This document shows positions 1 through 10,045 of a stretch of DNA of 64,000 bases, piece by piece. The position numbers were made by a program, and so were the translations under genes. The notes under the pieces are model-generated. The model did not search any database. It was not told the DNA's origin and saw only the letters and a list, made by a program, of their open reading frames with translations. Positions within the stretch are counted from its first letter, which is position 1; every line of letters starts with the position of its first letter. The stretch is from Candidatus Heimdallarchaeum aukensis (lineage in GTDB: Archaea > Asgardarchaeota > Heimdallarchaeia > Heimdallarchaeales > Heimdallarchaeaceae): NCBI GenBank assembly GCA_021513695.1, contig CP084166.1, positions 192,001 through 256,000 of the forward strand, given 5' to 3'.

Positions 1-996
1 ATATTTTTTATTGTCAATTATTAAATAATCTACTGGAAAGAAAAAGTGATTATCTTCAAATTTAACAGGGTTAATGGATATATGAGCCATTCCTTGTATT
101 TTATCTGCAACAATAAGTGAGAGGGGATTTTTAGCATTTGGATTTGTTCCTATTCCAAATTGATCAACATATAGATTGGTTTTTTTCATAAGTTCTTTCA
201 TCATTTTACCTTTTTTTCCTCCTCCTTCTACTTCTGTAATTAGATTATTTTTTATCCACAAAGTTATTTGCTCTGAAAGATCTTCAGTCCAACCAGGAAA
301 AATGTTTAATCTCCCATTAACAAGTATATTGTCATTGTTAGGACCTATAATATCTATACCTACTTCTCCAGATGGAATATTCATTATTAACCCTTTTTCT
401 TCGAAAATTCCTGTGTCACAGTACATACCAACTTGTTTATTTATATTAATTTCAAGAGAACTCCCGGATGGGTCAAATATCCTAAAATTGTTTGTCTTTT
501 TAATTATATTATATAATTTGGTAGTTAGTTTCTTTAAATAAGGAACATTAACGTCTATTGGCCCGTTTGGCAGAAAATCTTCAATAGAAATTTGTGGAGA
601 AGAACATTGATTTATTGCTTTTCTTTTGAGTAAATCATTGAAAACTGTCACTCTGGTAAGAGAAAAATGAGTGATTGTGAATACAAAATCTGATTCGCTA
701 ACTTTCTTGTTTAGTATTGGGTCATCAGGATCAACATAATGCTGATATGTAGGTTTAATAAAATAGATTTTAGTAGGGTTAGGAAAATTTGACTCAATAA
801 CTTTTTTTATGCTTCTAGCAAGTAAATTTCGTTCAATCATATCTGAAAGTAAAGAAATTTGTTTATCTACAAAATCAGTTGATGTGGGATAATCGCTTAC
901 AATTAAAATTTTATCACTTTTATCTAATAACCAGTATTCTTCCACTAATTTTTTAACTGTAGGAGTAATTTTTCTCTCAAGTGTTTTTATTGACAT
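1..996 (-). CDS. Aminopeptidase-like protein (peptidase M29/AmpS-like, tentative). The 3' end runs off the window start; the ATG is at 996.
   Basis: A long minus-strand ORF is open to position 1 and translates to MSIKTLERKITPTVKKLVEEYW.... It is absent from the supplied track because it has no stop inside the window. The C-terminal region EVEGGGKKGKMMKELMKK...FGIGTNPNAK...GMAHISINP loosely resembles thermophilic aminopeptidase T. Confidence 0.4.
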   Translation of the reverse strand, partial: MSIKTLERKITPTVKKLVEEYWLLDKSDKILIVSDYPTSTDFVDKQISLLSDMIERNLLARSIKKVIESNFPNPTKIYFIKPTYQHYVDPDDPILNKKVSESDFVFTITHFSLTRVTVFNDLLKRKAINQCSSPQISIEDFLPNGPIDVNVPYLKKLTTKLYNIIKKTNNFRIFDPSGSSLEININKQVGMYCDTGIFEEKGLIMNIPSGEVGIDIIGPNNDNILVNGRLNIFPGWTEDLSEQITLWIKNNLITEVEGGGKKGKMMKELMKKTNLYVDQFGIGTNPNAKNPLSLIVADKIQGMAHISINPVKFEDNHFFFPVDYLIIDNKKY

Positions 997-1111
997 TCTT
1001 TATGAAATAATAAATTTAACACTTAAAAATTCATTGATAAGATGTGTTTTGAATAAACAGTAAAATTATAAAAAATAGAAGAAGGTAAGGAACAATTATT
1101 ATCGACTAAAA

Positions 1112-1690
1112 TTATTTACTTGGTAAAAATGATTCAAGAGAATGGTTCTTTATATGTTGAATTATAGAATTCTTTGTATCAAAAGTTTCTTTACAAATTT
1201 TACATACGAAAATCTTCTTTTCTTGAATATAATCCCCAAAATTTATAACTATAAATTCTGATTTGAAACTTGATTCTTTTTCTAGATTATTCACAACATT
1301 ACTACAGATTTCATTTTTTGTATTTAATAGGTCAGGTGGGAAATCTAAAGTATCTTCATTTTCTTTAAGATAATCTTCGACTTTTTTTGAGAAATCTCTG
1401 GGAAAATACCATTTATTACCCTTTCTCTCAACAAATTTTTTTAGAAAGTAGTTTATTCTGTTATATAAATTAACCCATGAAGGATGCTGTGAAGCCCCCA
1501 GAAATGATTCAAATTGGCCATATGCTATATATCGAGCAATCGTAGATGTGTCTATTGCTACTGGTTGCCAATCTGCTTTATTCTCAAAATGCTTGAATGA
1601 TTCCACTGCGTCAACTATAGATTTTAGCAAATTTACCTTATCGATATCAAAATTCGCTTCTGTATGTGATGACCCTTTTTCACTAATCAT
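1112..1690 (-). CDS. Small protein with a C-terminal classical C2H2 zinc finger
   Basis: The C-terminus reads FVCKICKETFDTKNSIIQHIKNH, which is C-x2-C-x12-H-x3-H, the canonical C2H2 spacing. The ORF is 192 aa. Confidence 0.55.
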   Translation of the reverse strand: MISEKGSSHTEANFDIDKVNLLKSIVDAVESFKHFENKADWQPVAIDTSTIARYIAYGQFESFLGASQHPSWVNLYNRINYFLKKFVERKGNKWYFPRDFSKKVEDYLKENEDTLDFPPDLLNTKNEICSNVVNNLEKESSFKSEFIVINFGDYIQEKKIFVCKICKETFDTKNSIIQHIKNHSLESFLPSK

Positions 1691-2034
1691 AATTATAGAA
1701 GCTATAAACCTACTACTTTTAAGTATTATTCTTTTTTCAGAAAGTTGTAAAAAATTGACAAATTTTTATAACTTTTTACTTTTTTAAAATAGTTTGCTAA
1801 ATAATTCCTTATTTAGTGATAAGAAGAGCAATTTCACCAAAATATCTTGGTATTTTAACTAAAAGGTATATTAAGAAAAAAGGTCAATGTTATTGTGAAA
1901 TTATTAGTGATTTTGAGAAATTAATACTTTTTCATATCTTTTTTTAAATAACTAGAAAAAATTATGCTAGAGCAAACACAATCTTTTTATTTTTTAATAC
2001 TATCTATAAATTAAAGAATTCTTGAGTGGTTAAA

Positions 2035-2175
2035 ATGTCAGAAGAAGAAGAAAGAAAAATTGATCCAGACTTGAAGAAAGAATTACTCGAAAAAACTGGG
2101 GAATCAAGTTCCGATGTTGATGAAATAGCAAAAAAATTGGAAGGTAAAATACCAACAAAACCTAAAGAAGAATAA
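2035..2175 (+). CDS. Hypothetical small acidic/lysine-rich protein (46 aa)
   Basis: ATG at 2035 gives MSEEEERKIDPDLKKELLEKTGESSSDVDEIAKKLEGKIPTKPKEE and a TAA stop. It is too short for the ORF track and lies in an otherwise empty 580 bp spacer. Confidence 0.25.
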   Translation: MSEEEERKIDPDLKKELLEKTGESSSDVDEIAKKLEGKIPTKPKEE

Positions 2176-2374
2176 TAACTTTTTTTAACATTTTTTTAAA
2201 AAATTATTCTTTCTATTTTGTTTCTATTTTTGTTTAAGTTTTTGATAGAATTTCTTTTCTGGGAGATTCAAGATTTTTAGATTTTAATTAAATTTTGTAA
2301 TTCTTTTTTTATTTAGAATTACTTCTTTATTATTAGAGTTACATAGTGAACTTTAAGAAATAAATATCTTTTTT

Positions 2375-3571
2375 TTGTTTAGCATGCTTAAGAAAGAGAC
2401 TTATAAAGATATGATTACTGCAAATCAAGCTGTTGCATTAGCTGTTGTTCGTGCAAAACCCAAAGTTATTGCTGCTTATCCTATATCTCCTCAAACTACA
2501 ATTGTTGAATATCTCGCTGATTATTGTGCTTCAGGTGATCTTGATGCAGAATATGTTAGAGTAGAGTCTGAGCATAGTGCAATGACTGTTGTAGCTGCTG
2601 CACAAGGAACAGGTGTTAGAACTTTTACAACCACTGCATCTCAAGGTTTAGCTTATATGCATGAAGTAGTGGCTGCTACTGGAGGAATGCGATTACCTGT
2701 TGTAATGTTTGTAGCTAATCGCACACTCATGAGTCCTGGGGGTATTTGGCCTGAATATTCAGATACCATGCCTGAAAGAGACACAGCTTGGCTTCAAGTT
2801 TATGTTGAAGATAATCAAGAAGTTTTTGATATGATTATTCAAGCTTATAAAATAGCTGAACATAAAGATGTGTTATTACCAATAATGGTCTGTGGAGATG
2901 GATATATTCTTACTCATACATCAGACACTGTTGAAATTTTAGGAGAGAAAGAAGTAGATGAATTTCTTCCACAATATAAATCAGAGCATGCATATTTGGA
3001 TATTGAAAGACCTTTGGCACAAGGAATAATTGTTCCACCTGCATACCATATGGAAGCAAAATATCAAATGCATATGGCTATGAGAAAAGCAAAAAAAGTA
3101 ATCCAAGAAGTTAATGAGGAATTTTCAAAGAAATTCGGTCGAGATTACGGGGGGTTAATAGATACTTATAAGCTAGAAGACGCAGAAATAGCATTAACAG
3201 TTGTAGGTTCAACTACAGGAACAGCAAGAACAGTAGTTGACGAATTAAGAAAAAAAGGGGTAAAAATAGGTCTTCTTAAAATTAGATTCTTTAGACCTTT
3301 TCCATTTGAAGAAATAAGAAAAGCTTTGGAAAATATGAAAGCTATAGGTGTTTTTGATAGAAGCTTATCTTATGGTTCTACAGGACAATTTTTTGGTGAA
3401 GTTAGAAACGCGTTATATGGGTTAAATATTCCTATAGTTAATTTTATTGCAGGATTAGGTGGGAGAGACATTAGAGAAGAAGATATTCGAACAATGATTA
3501 ACAAAATCGATGAACTAAAGGACAAAGAACAACCAGAAGATCCTATAATATTCGTTAATACTCGATTTTGA
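2375..3571 (+). CDS. porA: 2-oxoacid (pyruvate):ferredoxin oxidoreductase alpha subunit
   Basis: The 398 aa product begins ...ITANQAVALAVVRAKPKVIAAYPISPQT..., typical of a PorA/KorA N-terminus. The length fits a stand-alone alpha subunit. A T-rich stretch follows the stop. Confidence 0.8.
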   Translation: MFSMLKKETYKDMITANQAVALAVVRAKPKVIAAYPISPQTTIVEYLADYCASGDLDAEYVRVESEHSAMTVVAAAQGTGVRTFTTTASQGLAYMHEVVAATGGMRLPVVMFVANRTLMSPGGIWPEYSDTMPERDTAWLQVYVEDNQEVFDMIIQAYKIAEHKDVLLPIMVCGDGYILTHTSDTVEILGEKEVDEFLPQYKSEHAYLDIERPLAQGIIVPPAYHMEAKYQMHMAMRKAKKVIQEVNEEFSKKFGRDYGGLIDTYKLEDAEIALTVVGSTTGTARTVVDELRKKGVKIGLLKIRFFRPFPFEEIRKALENMKAIGVFDRSLSYGSTGQFFGEVRNALYGLNIPIVNFIAGLGGRDIREEDIRTMINKIDELKDKEQPEDPIIFVNTRF

Positions 3572-3805
3572 GTATACAATTTTTTTATTTCTCTTTTTTT
3601 TAAGAAAACTAGAAAAAGTGAAGCTAAAAACTTTAAGTTTAATTATTTTTTATCTAGAGACGCTATTACCTTCTATATCATTTACAAGCAGTTAGATTAG
3701 CATTTAGATTCACACTGTTTATAGGATTAACTTAGAGGTTTTTTTCCTTGATTTTAGACTAAAGTTTAAATACTAGTTCTTTTATAACTAGTACTTGAAC
3801 CTTTT

Positions 3806-3812
3806 AGGAGGT
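3806..3812 (+). promoter_or_regulatory. Shine-Dalgarno-like AGGAGGT, 8 nt upstream of the histone-fold gene start
   Basis: aggaggttagaactATG. Confidence 0.45.
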
Positions 3813-3819
3813 TAGAACT

Positions 3820-4026
3820 ATGGCGAAAAAGAAGAAAGCTGCACCAAAAGCTGATATCCTTATCGTCAAATCAAAAGTTCGAGAATATGTTAAGAGCCTT
3901 GGAGAATTCCAAATGAGTTCAGACTTTATTGAAGCTCTAAATACTGAAGTAGCTGGATTAATCAAATCAGCTGCTGAGAGAACAAAGGCTAACAACAGAA
4001 AGACACTCTCTGCAAGAGACGTATAA
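3820..4026 (+). CDS. Archaeal histone-fold protein with a lysine-rich N-terminal tail
   Basis: The tail MAKKKKAAPKAD precedes ...SSDFIEALNTEVAGLIKSAAERTKANNRKTLSARDV. This matches the histone alpha2-L2 pattern (...AKHAGRKTIKAEDI...). A strong SD lies upstream. Helix alpha3 looks short. Confidence 0.6.
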   Translation: MAKKKKAAPKADILIVKSKVREYVKSLGEFQMSSDFIEALNTEVAGLIKSAAERTKANNRKTLSARDV

Positions 4027-4055
4027 AATTCTCGACGTGATTTGATAGGGAAAAA

Positions 4056-4130
4056 GAAGACTCAACTAGGTTGAATCTTCCTTAAGTATAAAAATAATTA
4101 TATCTTTTTATTTCTTTCTATTTTTTTGTC
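4056..4130 (+). terminator. Hairpin (gaagactcaac-tag-gttgaatcttc) followed by T-tracts, downstream of the histone-fold gene
   Basis: The stem is 11 bp with one mismatch. It is followed by tttttatttctttctattttttt. Confidence 0.3.
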
Positions 4131-4199
4131 GGATGAATATTTAACTTTTAGGCTTTTTTACCAAAAAGTTAATAGTTTTTAGATAATTCTTCCTTAATA

Positions 4200-4910
4200 A
4201 TGCAGATAGAAGGAGAATATACATATGCCAAATTTATAGAAAGGCCAAACAGGTTTTTAGCAAAAGTAAAACTTTATTCTACAGAAAAAGTAGAGTATTG
4301 TCATGTTCCAGATCCAGGAAGATTAAAGGAATTACTTTTACCTAACGTTGAAGTTTTTTTAAGAAAAGAAAAGAGTCAAATTAGAAAAACAAAATATTCT
4401 CTAATAGGTGTTAAAGCGGAAAATGGTACTTGGGTCAACATTGACTCACAGATTAGTAATAAGCTCTTTTATTTAGAGATGAAAAAAATTGAAAATTTTA
4501 GTAACTATAAGATCCTAAAGAAAGAATTTAGTTTAGGAAAAAGTAGAATAGACTTCTTGTTAAGAAATGTTGAAAACAGTAAGCAAGCTTTGGTTGAAGT
4601 GAAAAGTGTTACTTTGGTTGAAGAAAACACAGCTTTATTTCCTGATGCTCCGACGAAGAGAGGAGTAAAGCATCTGAAAGAACTTGAAGAAGCGGTTAAA
4701 GAAAACAAATATAATGCTTTTATTGTTTTTATTGTAAAGAGATCTGATGCTAAAAGTTTTAGTCCTAATTGGGAAAGAGATAAAAATTTTGCTAGCGCAC
4801 TAGTTGAAAGTTCTAAAAAAGGAGTTAAAATAATAGCTGTTGTATGCTCTTTTTCTCCTGAAAGAAAGGAATTGAGTATAATAAATAAAATCCCTATATT
4901 TCTGAATTAA
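4200..4910 (+). CDS. sfsA: Sugar fermentation stimulation protein SfsA family
   Basis: ERPNRFLAKV...YCHVPDPGRL...RIDFLL..., plus the conserved SfsA N-terminal and C-terminal motifs. Confidence 0.6.
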   Translation: MQIEGEYTYAKFIERPNRFLAKVKLYSTEKVEYCHVPDPGRLKELLLPNVEVFLRKEKSQIRKTKYSLIGVKAENGTWVNIDSQISNKLFYLEMKKIENFSNYKILKKEFSLGKSRIDFLLRNVENSKQALVEVKSVTLVEENTALFPDAPTKRGVKHLKELEEAVKENKYNAFIVFIVKRSDAKSFSPNWERDKNFASALVESSKKGVKIIAVVCSFSPERKELSIINKIPIFLN

Positions 4911-4928
4911 TATCGCGTCATTTGTTCT

Positions 4929-6404
4929 TTAACTTAACGATTTTTTTCTCATTTTCTCTATATATTCTTGACTATAACCAAACAAAATAAACTTTCTAGA
5001 ATTTTCAAAAGTGATTTTCACTGAAATTTCTTGTTCATTATCTAAAAATATTTCAGGTAGTAGCATGTTTGATTTTATATTTTCAATTTTTATTATAGGT
5101 ATAGATTTTAGAACTCTGTCTTTTGTTGTTAATACAAATAAATGTTCATCAACAATTGTCCATTTTGCTACATATTCTTTTTTTACGACCTCATTTATTG
5201 AATTTATATAGATATCATCGAAGAAAACTTGTTCTGTTTTTATTATTGCTTCTATTATGAAACTGGTCAGTAGGTAGAGAACTATAAACCAATAAACATA
5301 ATTTTCATCCCAAAAATGAATAACAAATAAAACCATTGAAACAATTAAGAACGCAAAATTACCCAGAAATTGAAGAAAATATTTGTGTGCCTTTTTTAAT
5401 CCCTCTTTTACCTTCGTTTTCTGTTTATAAGCAGTAAAATGCTTAAAATTTAGATATTTTTCATAATCGTTTTCATAATCTTTAAAGAAAAAAGGTTGAA
5501 AGATTTTTTTCCATTTAACTACTCTTGCAGGAATTTTGTAAAACATTTCTTCTTCATTACCAAATGATATTTTAGATGAAATCCAATTTTTAGGTAGATC
5601 TTCTTTTTCTTTTACTCTTAAGAAAACATTTTTTATTTCTCTTTTCATTTTTACTTTTTCTCTTAATTTTACTATTTTAAAATATGAAAAAATTAGTATA
5701 ATTGAGAAAAAAGTACTAAGTACAGTAAGTGTGAAAGTTGTATAATATGCAGTTTTCAGACTTATATTATTGTTAAAAGCAATATAGAGCGAGGGTAATG
5801 TTAGGGCCAACATAAACAAAATCCCTATTGCTTGAATATTGTTTTCTAATCTAAAATTCTGATTTCTAGTTCTCCTAATAGATTTCTTTAACAAATAAGA
5901 TAGTAATTTAAAGGCTTTGTAGTATGCTAAAAAGAAGAAAGTAGGAAAAAGTACAAACATACATATATACAACCATATTGAAAATATAGAAGGTTGTGTG
6001 TAATCTTCTGTTCTAAGAAATGAGCTGAAAATAAGAAAGCTAAGTAAAGTTGAGAAACCTAAAACAAATATGTTAGGAAAAATAAAAGTCCAAATCGCAA
6101 ATGATTCCATTATTAACTTCCTTGAATCAACGATTTGATTCAAAGGATATAAATCAGAAAGAGGATCTTGAATGCTTTTATCATCTGTTTCATTCTTGAA
6201 ATAGTAGCCCTCAAATATTATTTCTTTCTGATTCTTTGATTTCCAATTAACAAAATCTATTATTAGTTCTCTTTGGTTATTGGAAATATCTTTGGTATGG
6301 ATGTTGTAATCTTCAATTTCTCCTTTTTTTCTAAAATAATCAGTTTTAATCCTGACAGATTTTTTATTTCTTGAAATATATTTTTCTTTATTTGTTACCT
6401 TCAT
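4929..6404 (-). CDS. Polytopic membrane protein with soluble N- and C-terminal beta-rich (PH-like?) domains; hypothetical
   Basis: The 491 aa product has at least six hydrophobic helices in its central part. Its start is 4 nt downstream of the helicase stop, which suggests an operon. Confidence 0.45.
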   Translation of the reverse strand: MKVTNKEKYISRNKKSVRIKTDYFRKKGEIEDYNIHTKDISNNQRELIIDFVNWKSKNQKEIIFEGYYFKNETDDKSIQDPLSDLYPLNQIVDSRKLIMESFAIWTFIFPNIFVLGFSTLLSFLIFSSFLRTEDYTQPSIFSIWLYICMFVLFPTFFFLAYYKAFKLLSYLLKKSIRRTRNQNFRLENNIQAIGILFMLALTLPSLYIAFNNNISLKTAYYTTFTLTVLSTFFSIILIFSYFKIVKLREKVKMKREIKNVFLRVKEKEDLPKNWISSKISFGNEEEMFYKIPARVVKWKKIFQPFFFKDYENDYEKYLNFKHFTAYKQKTKVKEGLKKAHKYFLQFLGNFAFLIVSMVLFVIHFWDENYVYWFIVLYLLTSFIIEAIIKTEQVFFDDIYINSINEVVKKEYVAKWTIVDEHLFVLTTKDRVLKSIPIIKIENIKSNMLLPEIFLDNEQEISVKITFENSRKFILFGYSQEYIEKMRKKSLS

Positions 6405-6408
6405 CTTT

Positions 6409-9393
6409 CTACTTCCATATTATTTTTTTATTGACTTTGAAGATTTTATTCTGTTTTTCTCTTTCCTGAGTTATATTTTCTTTTACAATTTCTCCAAGAG
6501 CAACTATCCTGTTCCAAATAACAACTAATTGACTAATTTCATCTGTTTTTAAAAATGAAAGACCTATAACTATTAATTGTTTTAATGCTTTTTCGTTTAT
6601 TTTTTGATTGTTTTTAATTATTGTTTCATCTTCTTTTAATTCTTTAATCGAGATTCCAATATTAGCATTTTGAAGCATGAGCATGGAATCTAATACCGTT
6701 TCTACTTTTGGATTGATTCTTGGTAACAATAGTCGAAAATAATTACCTATTCTTTGGCTAAATGTAACATATTTTATTTCTTCACTGATTAAGTTCAATG
6801 CGTCATTTTTCTTCTTCAGGGCTATTTTATACTCATTTAATAAAATTAAACTTTGAAATACATCAGATAGTAATTCTGTGAAAAGTTTCTTTTCAAAATC
6901 AATGTATCCCTTACGGAAAAACCTTTTTTCATTATTCTTATATTTTATAACTCCATAACTATCGTTCACTACAGGAATGATAAAAGTTCTATCTTCAAAT
7001 TTTAAGTCATAAGATAATAATTCAACGTTGTCATATTTTTCTCCAATTTTCCACTGCTCATAAGTTTTTTCTCTTTGCAACGCCTTATTTATCATGATTT
7101 GGTTAAATTTACTGATATCTTTTGCTATCTCACTTATATCTTCAGAGATTGAAGGAAAAATATGTCCTATTCCTTTTTCTATTATTCCATCTTCTGACAA
7201 TCCATAAAAGTGTTCATGTTTTCGTTGTATATTAAAAAAGGTGCTAAGACCGAAAGGTAAACTAGGCTCAATTACAGCTATATCCCATATGTTGCTTATT
7301 TTTTTGTCATCTGTTTCATCTACTCTATATGCTCTTCCTTTAGTTTGAATAACAGTTTGATAAGCAGATACTGAAGTTAAATCAATAAGTGTATTTAGTT
7401 TAACAGAGTCCCACCCTTCTCCTAATATGTTTCTTGGCCCAATCAGACATTTAGTTATCCCCTTCTCAAGTAAATAAGTAAAAAGAAGAGTGTATATTCC
7501 TGTTCTCCAATCAAATCCCTCTCCTATAATTTGGACAATTTTCTCGTTTTCTGTTCTTTTTATTGACAATTTAAAATCAAATTTGAAATTCTCTTTCCAT
7601 TTTTCACTTTCTTTTAGTATTTGATTAGCTATGTCTCTATCTGTAAGTATTGATGAAGAAGAAATGGAAACTGGATCTAACTGGTTGGTTTTAGTATTTG
7701 AAATAAGCTTTTCTAAGATACTTAACGACAGATTTTCTGTAGTAAAATCATAAATTATTGCTGAACGTAATTTATCCTTTAAATATGAGAATTCATACTC
7801 TAGAATCTCAACAATAGCATTTATTTTTGATTTACTTGAATTAAGAAAACTAAAAGTTACTTCTCTCTCTTTCATTAAATTATCTACATTCTCTAGTTTC
7901 TCAAAAAATCGACCTAATTCGTTATAATAATTTAAAGCTTTTTTAGAATTGAATTTCTGTTTTCTAAGATAATTCCAATAATAGGCGTGAAGAATAATAA
8001 ATAATTCATTTAATGTAAATTTTTCTTGATCAATTGCTTCTTGATTTTCAAAAATCAGATAAATTTTGTTTACTAAATCATCATTCTTGTATCGTTTTAT
8101 TATGTTTAGATGATTATTTTCATATTCTTCTTTAAGAAATTCAATAGGGTCTTTTAGATTTTTAGATTTTAATGAAGAAAAGAGCTTTCTCAAAGGTTTG
8201 AATTTTTTTTCTATTTCCTTTCTTTCTTCCTCTTGAGGATAGACAAAGTATAACAAATCTTGATAAGGGGCTATGTTTTTTTGTTTTACCGCTGCTGGAG
8301 TAGGTATTTCGATATCAACAGAACCAAAAAGTAATTCGTATATTCCTACTTCTTCATCCTCGACATTCACATCAGTTGGAGGAGTTGCAGTTAAACCCAA
8401 AATGAATGGGATGTTAAATTCTTCAATAAGATAGTTTACAATATATGCCCAAATTGATGTAAGATGATGACACTCATCTAAGATTATTAGACCTATTCCT
8501 TTGTTTTTTAGGGTGTCAATTATCTCTAATGTGTTTTTGTGTAGAATGTCTTTAATCTTTATATCTGAAAAATTAAACTCTCCTTTTATTATCTTATGCC
8601 TTATTTTGTTGATATATTCATTTATTTTTGCTTTATACTCTTCATAATTACTTTTTTTTAAAGATTCAATAAATTCTTTATTTTCATTTTTTTCTTTTAA
8701 CCACATTTTTTCAGCAAAATGCTGTAACATCTCTTCTTCTTGAGAATAAACAGAAAAACGTTGGTAGGTCATTACTGTAATTGGAGCTCTTGATTTAGGG
8801 TCTGTATTTCCAATCATCGTGTTAATGATATTGTTTTCTTTGTCAAGAAACAATTTAATTTTATCTATCCATTGGTCCTGAGTAGAAAAATTTGGTGTTA
8901 GCACTAGAGTATTTTTTGCTATTTGTTTTGCTATTTCAAGACCTACAATAGTTTTTCCTGAACCAGGAGGAGAAACAACATAAAACTTCCTTTCTACTGT
9001 GCTAATTTTTTGTTCAAATTTTTCTAAAATAAGTTTTTGAGATTGCCAAAATTCTCCTCGAAAATACATGTTTGTTAATAAAGAAGGATCAATTTGTCCA
9101 TCTCTGTCTAAATCAAATCTGTATTCACGGAAAGAATTTATTGAAATTTTGATAAAATTATTTATTTTCTCTACTTTTTTACAGTGGGGACAATATTCAT
9201 TTATTTTATACCATTGCTCTAAATGTTCAGAATGAAAAAGACTTCTACAATAAGGGCATAGATAGACTATATCTTCTTTATCAAAAGGTGTAAAGCATAT
9301 CTCACATTTAACAATTTCAGCTCTGCAATTTTCACAGAAATTCCAATCTAACTCAATTTTTGAGTTACAGTTTGTACAACTGTAATGATTCAT
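6409..9393 (-). CDS. Superfamily-2 (DExH/ResIII-like) helicase with N-terminal multi-Cys zinc-ribbon module
   Basis: The N-terminus carries repeated C-x2-C pairs (CTNC, CENC, CEIC, CPYC, CPHC). Walker A is VVSPPGSGKT. Motif II is ILDECHH, motif III is LTATPP and motif VI is QTKGRAYR. A long insert lies between the RecA lobes. Confidence 0.7.
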   Translation of the reverse strand: MNHYSCTNCNSKIELDWNFCENCRAEIVKCEICFTPFDKEDIVYLCPYCRSLFHSEHLEQWYKINEYCPHCKKVEKINNFIKISINSFREYRFDLDRDGQIDPSLLTNMYFRGEFWQSQKLILEKFEQKISTVERKFYVVSPPGSGKTIVGLEIAKQIAKNTLVLTPNFSTQDQWIDKIKLFLDKENNIINTMIGNTDPKSRAPITVMTYQRFSVYSQEEEMLQHFAEKMWLKEKNENKEFIESLKKSNYEEYKAKINEYINKIRHKIIKGEFNFSDIKIKDILHKNTLEIIDTLKNKGIGLIILDECHHLTSIWAYIVNYLIEEFNIPFILGLTATPPTDVNVEDEEVGIYELLFGSVDIEIPTPAAVKQKNIAPYQDLLYFVYPQEEERKEIEKKFKPLRKLFSSLKSKNLKDPIEFLKEEYENNHLNIIKRYKNDDLVNKIYLIFENQEAIDQEKFTLNELFIILHAYYWNYLRKQKFNSKKALNYYNELGRFFEKLENVDNLMKEREVTFSFLNSSKSKINAIVEILEYEFSYLKDKLRSAIIYDFTTENLSLSILEKLISNTKTNQLDPVSISSSSILTDRDIANQILKESEKWKENFKFDFKLSIKRTENEKIVQIIGEGFDWRTGIYTLLFTYLLEKGITKCLIGPRNILGEGWDSVKLNTLIDLTSVSAYQTVIQTKGRAYRVDETDDKKISNIWDIAVIEPSLPFGLSTFFNIQRKHEHFYGLSEDGIIEKGIGHIFPSISEDISEIAKDISKFNQIMINKALQREKTYEQWKIGEKYDNVELLSYDLKFEDRTFIIPVVNDSYGVIKYKNNEKRFFRKGYIDFEKKLFTELLSDVFQSLILLNEYKIALKKKNDALNLISEEIKYVTFSQRIGNYFRLLLPRINPKVETVLDSMLMLQNANIGISIKELKEDETIIKNNQKINEKALKQLIVIGLSFLKTDEISQLVVIWNRIVALGEIVKENITQEREKQNKIFKVNKKIIWK

Positions 9394-9609
9394 CAGATTC
9401 TATTTCCTAAACATCTATATAATATCTTTCTTTCAAAAAGTGTAAAAATAGAAAGAGTTGAGAATCATAATATGCAATTATCATCATAATTCAGACAGGG
9501 GTAACTTAATCATTTTCTCAACAAAAAAAAGATTTCTTCTTGTTTTTTTAATTTTCCCTTTTGTAAAACTTCTTGAACAGTAAATTTTTGATAAAATATT
9601 GAAAATTTA

Positions 9610-9972
9610 TTATCCGTGCCCTAGCAAGTCATTGGCTACCATGTTAATTACTTCTTGTGCTTCTTTTGATAGTAGGTGTCTTTTAGGAGTAATAGCTGCT
9701 TTATAGATATCATTTAGAATTTTAGCTCTATTCTTATTCACTACATCGAGCAAAGTCATATCATCAATATTATCTGCTTGCTCTTTATATAAAGCAATAA
9801 TGTCGTCTTCAAGTTCTTTTGTTGCTTCTTTTATTGCTTTAATAATTCTTTTTTCTGAAGCTGTAATCTTGCCTGATTTTGAACAGAAGTCAATTACTGA
9901 TTGAACCATATTCTTCAAAATCAATTTAACTTCTTCAATTTCTTTTTCAGTGTCTACTGATTCTGCCAACAA
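9610..9972 (-). CDS. Hypothetical alpha-helical protein
   Basis: The ORF is 120 aa. No motif was recognised. Confidence 0.3.
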   Translation of the reverse strand: MLAESVDTEKEIEEVKLILKNMVQSVIDFCSKSGKITASEKRIIKAIKEATKELEDDIIALYKEQADNIDDMTLLDVVNKNRAKILNDIYKAAITPKRHLLSKEAQEVINMVANDLLGHG

Positions 9973-10045
9973 TAAGCACCTATATTTTTGTATATAGTCT
10001 CATATTTATTCTTTTCCGATATCATAAAAATTAATAGAAAAAAAC

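Noticed and set aside
176-541. 121-aa + strand ORF at the window start
   Set aside because: It lies antisense inside the long minus-strand aminopeptidase-like ORF (1-996). Its composition is low-complexity F/I/L-rich, typical of spurious ORFs in AT-rich DNA.
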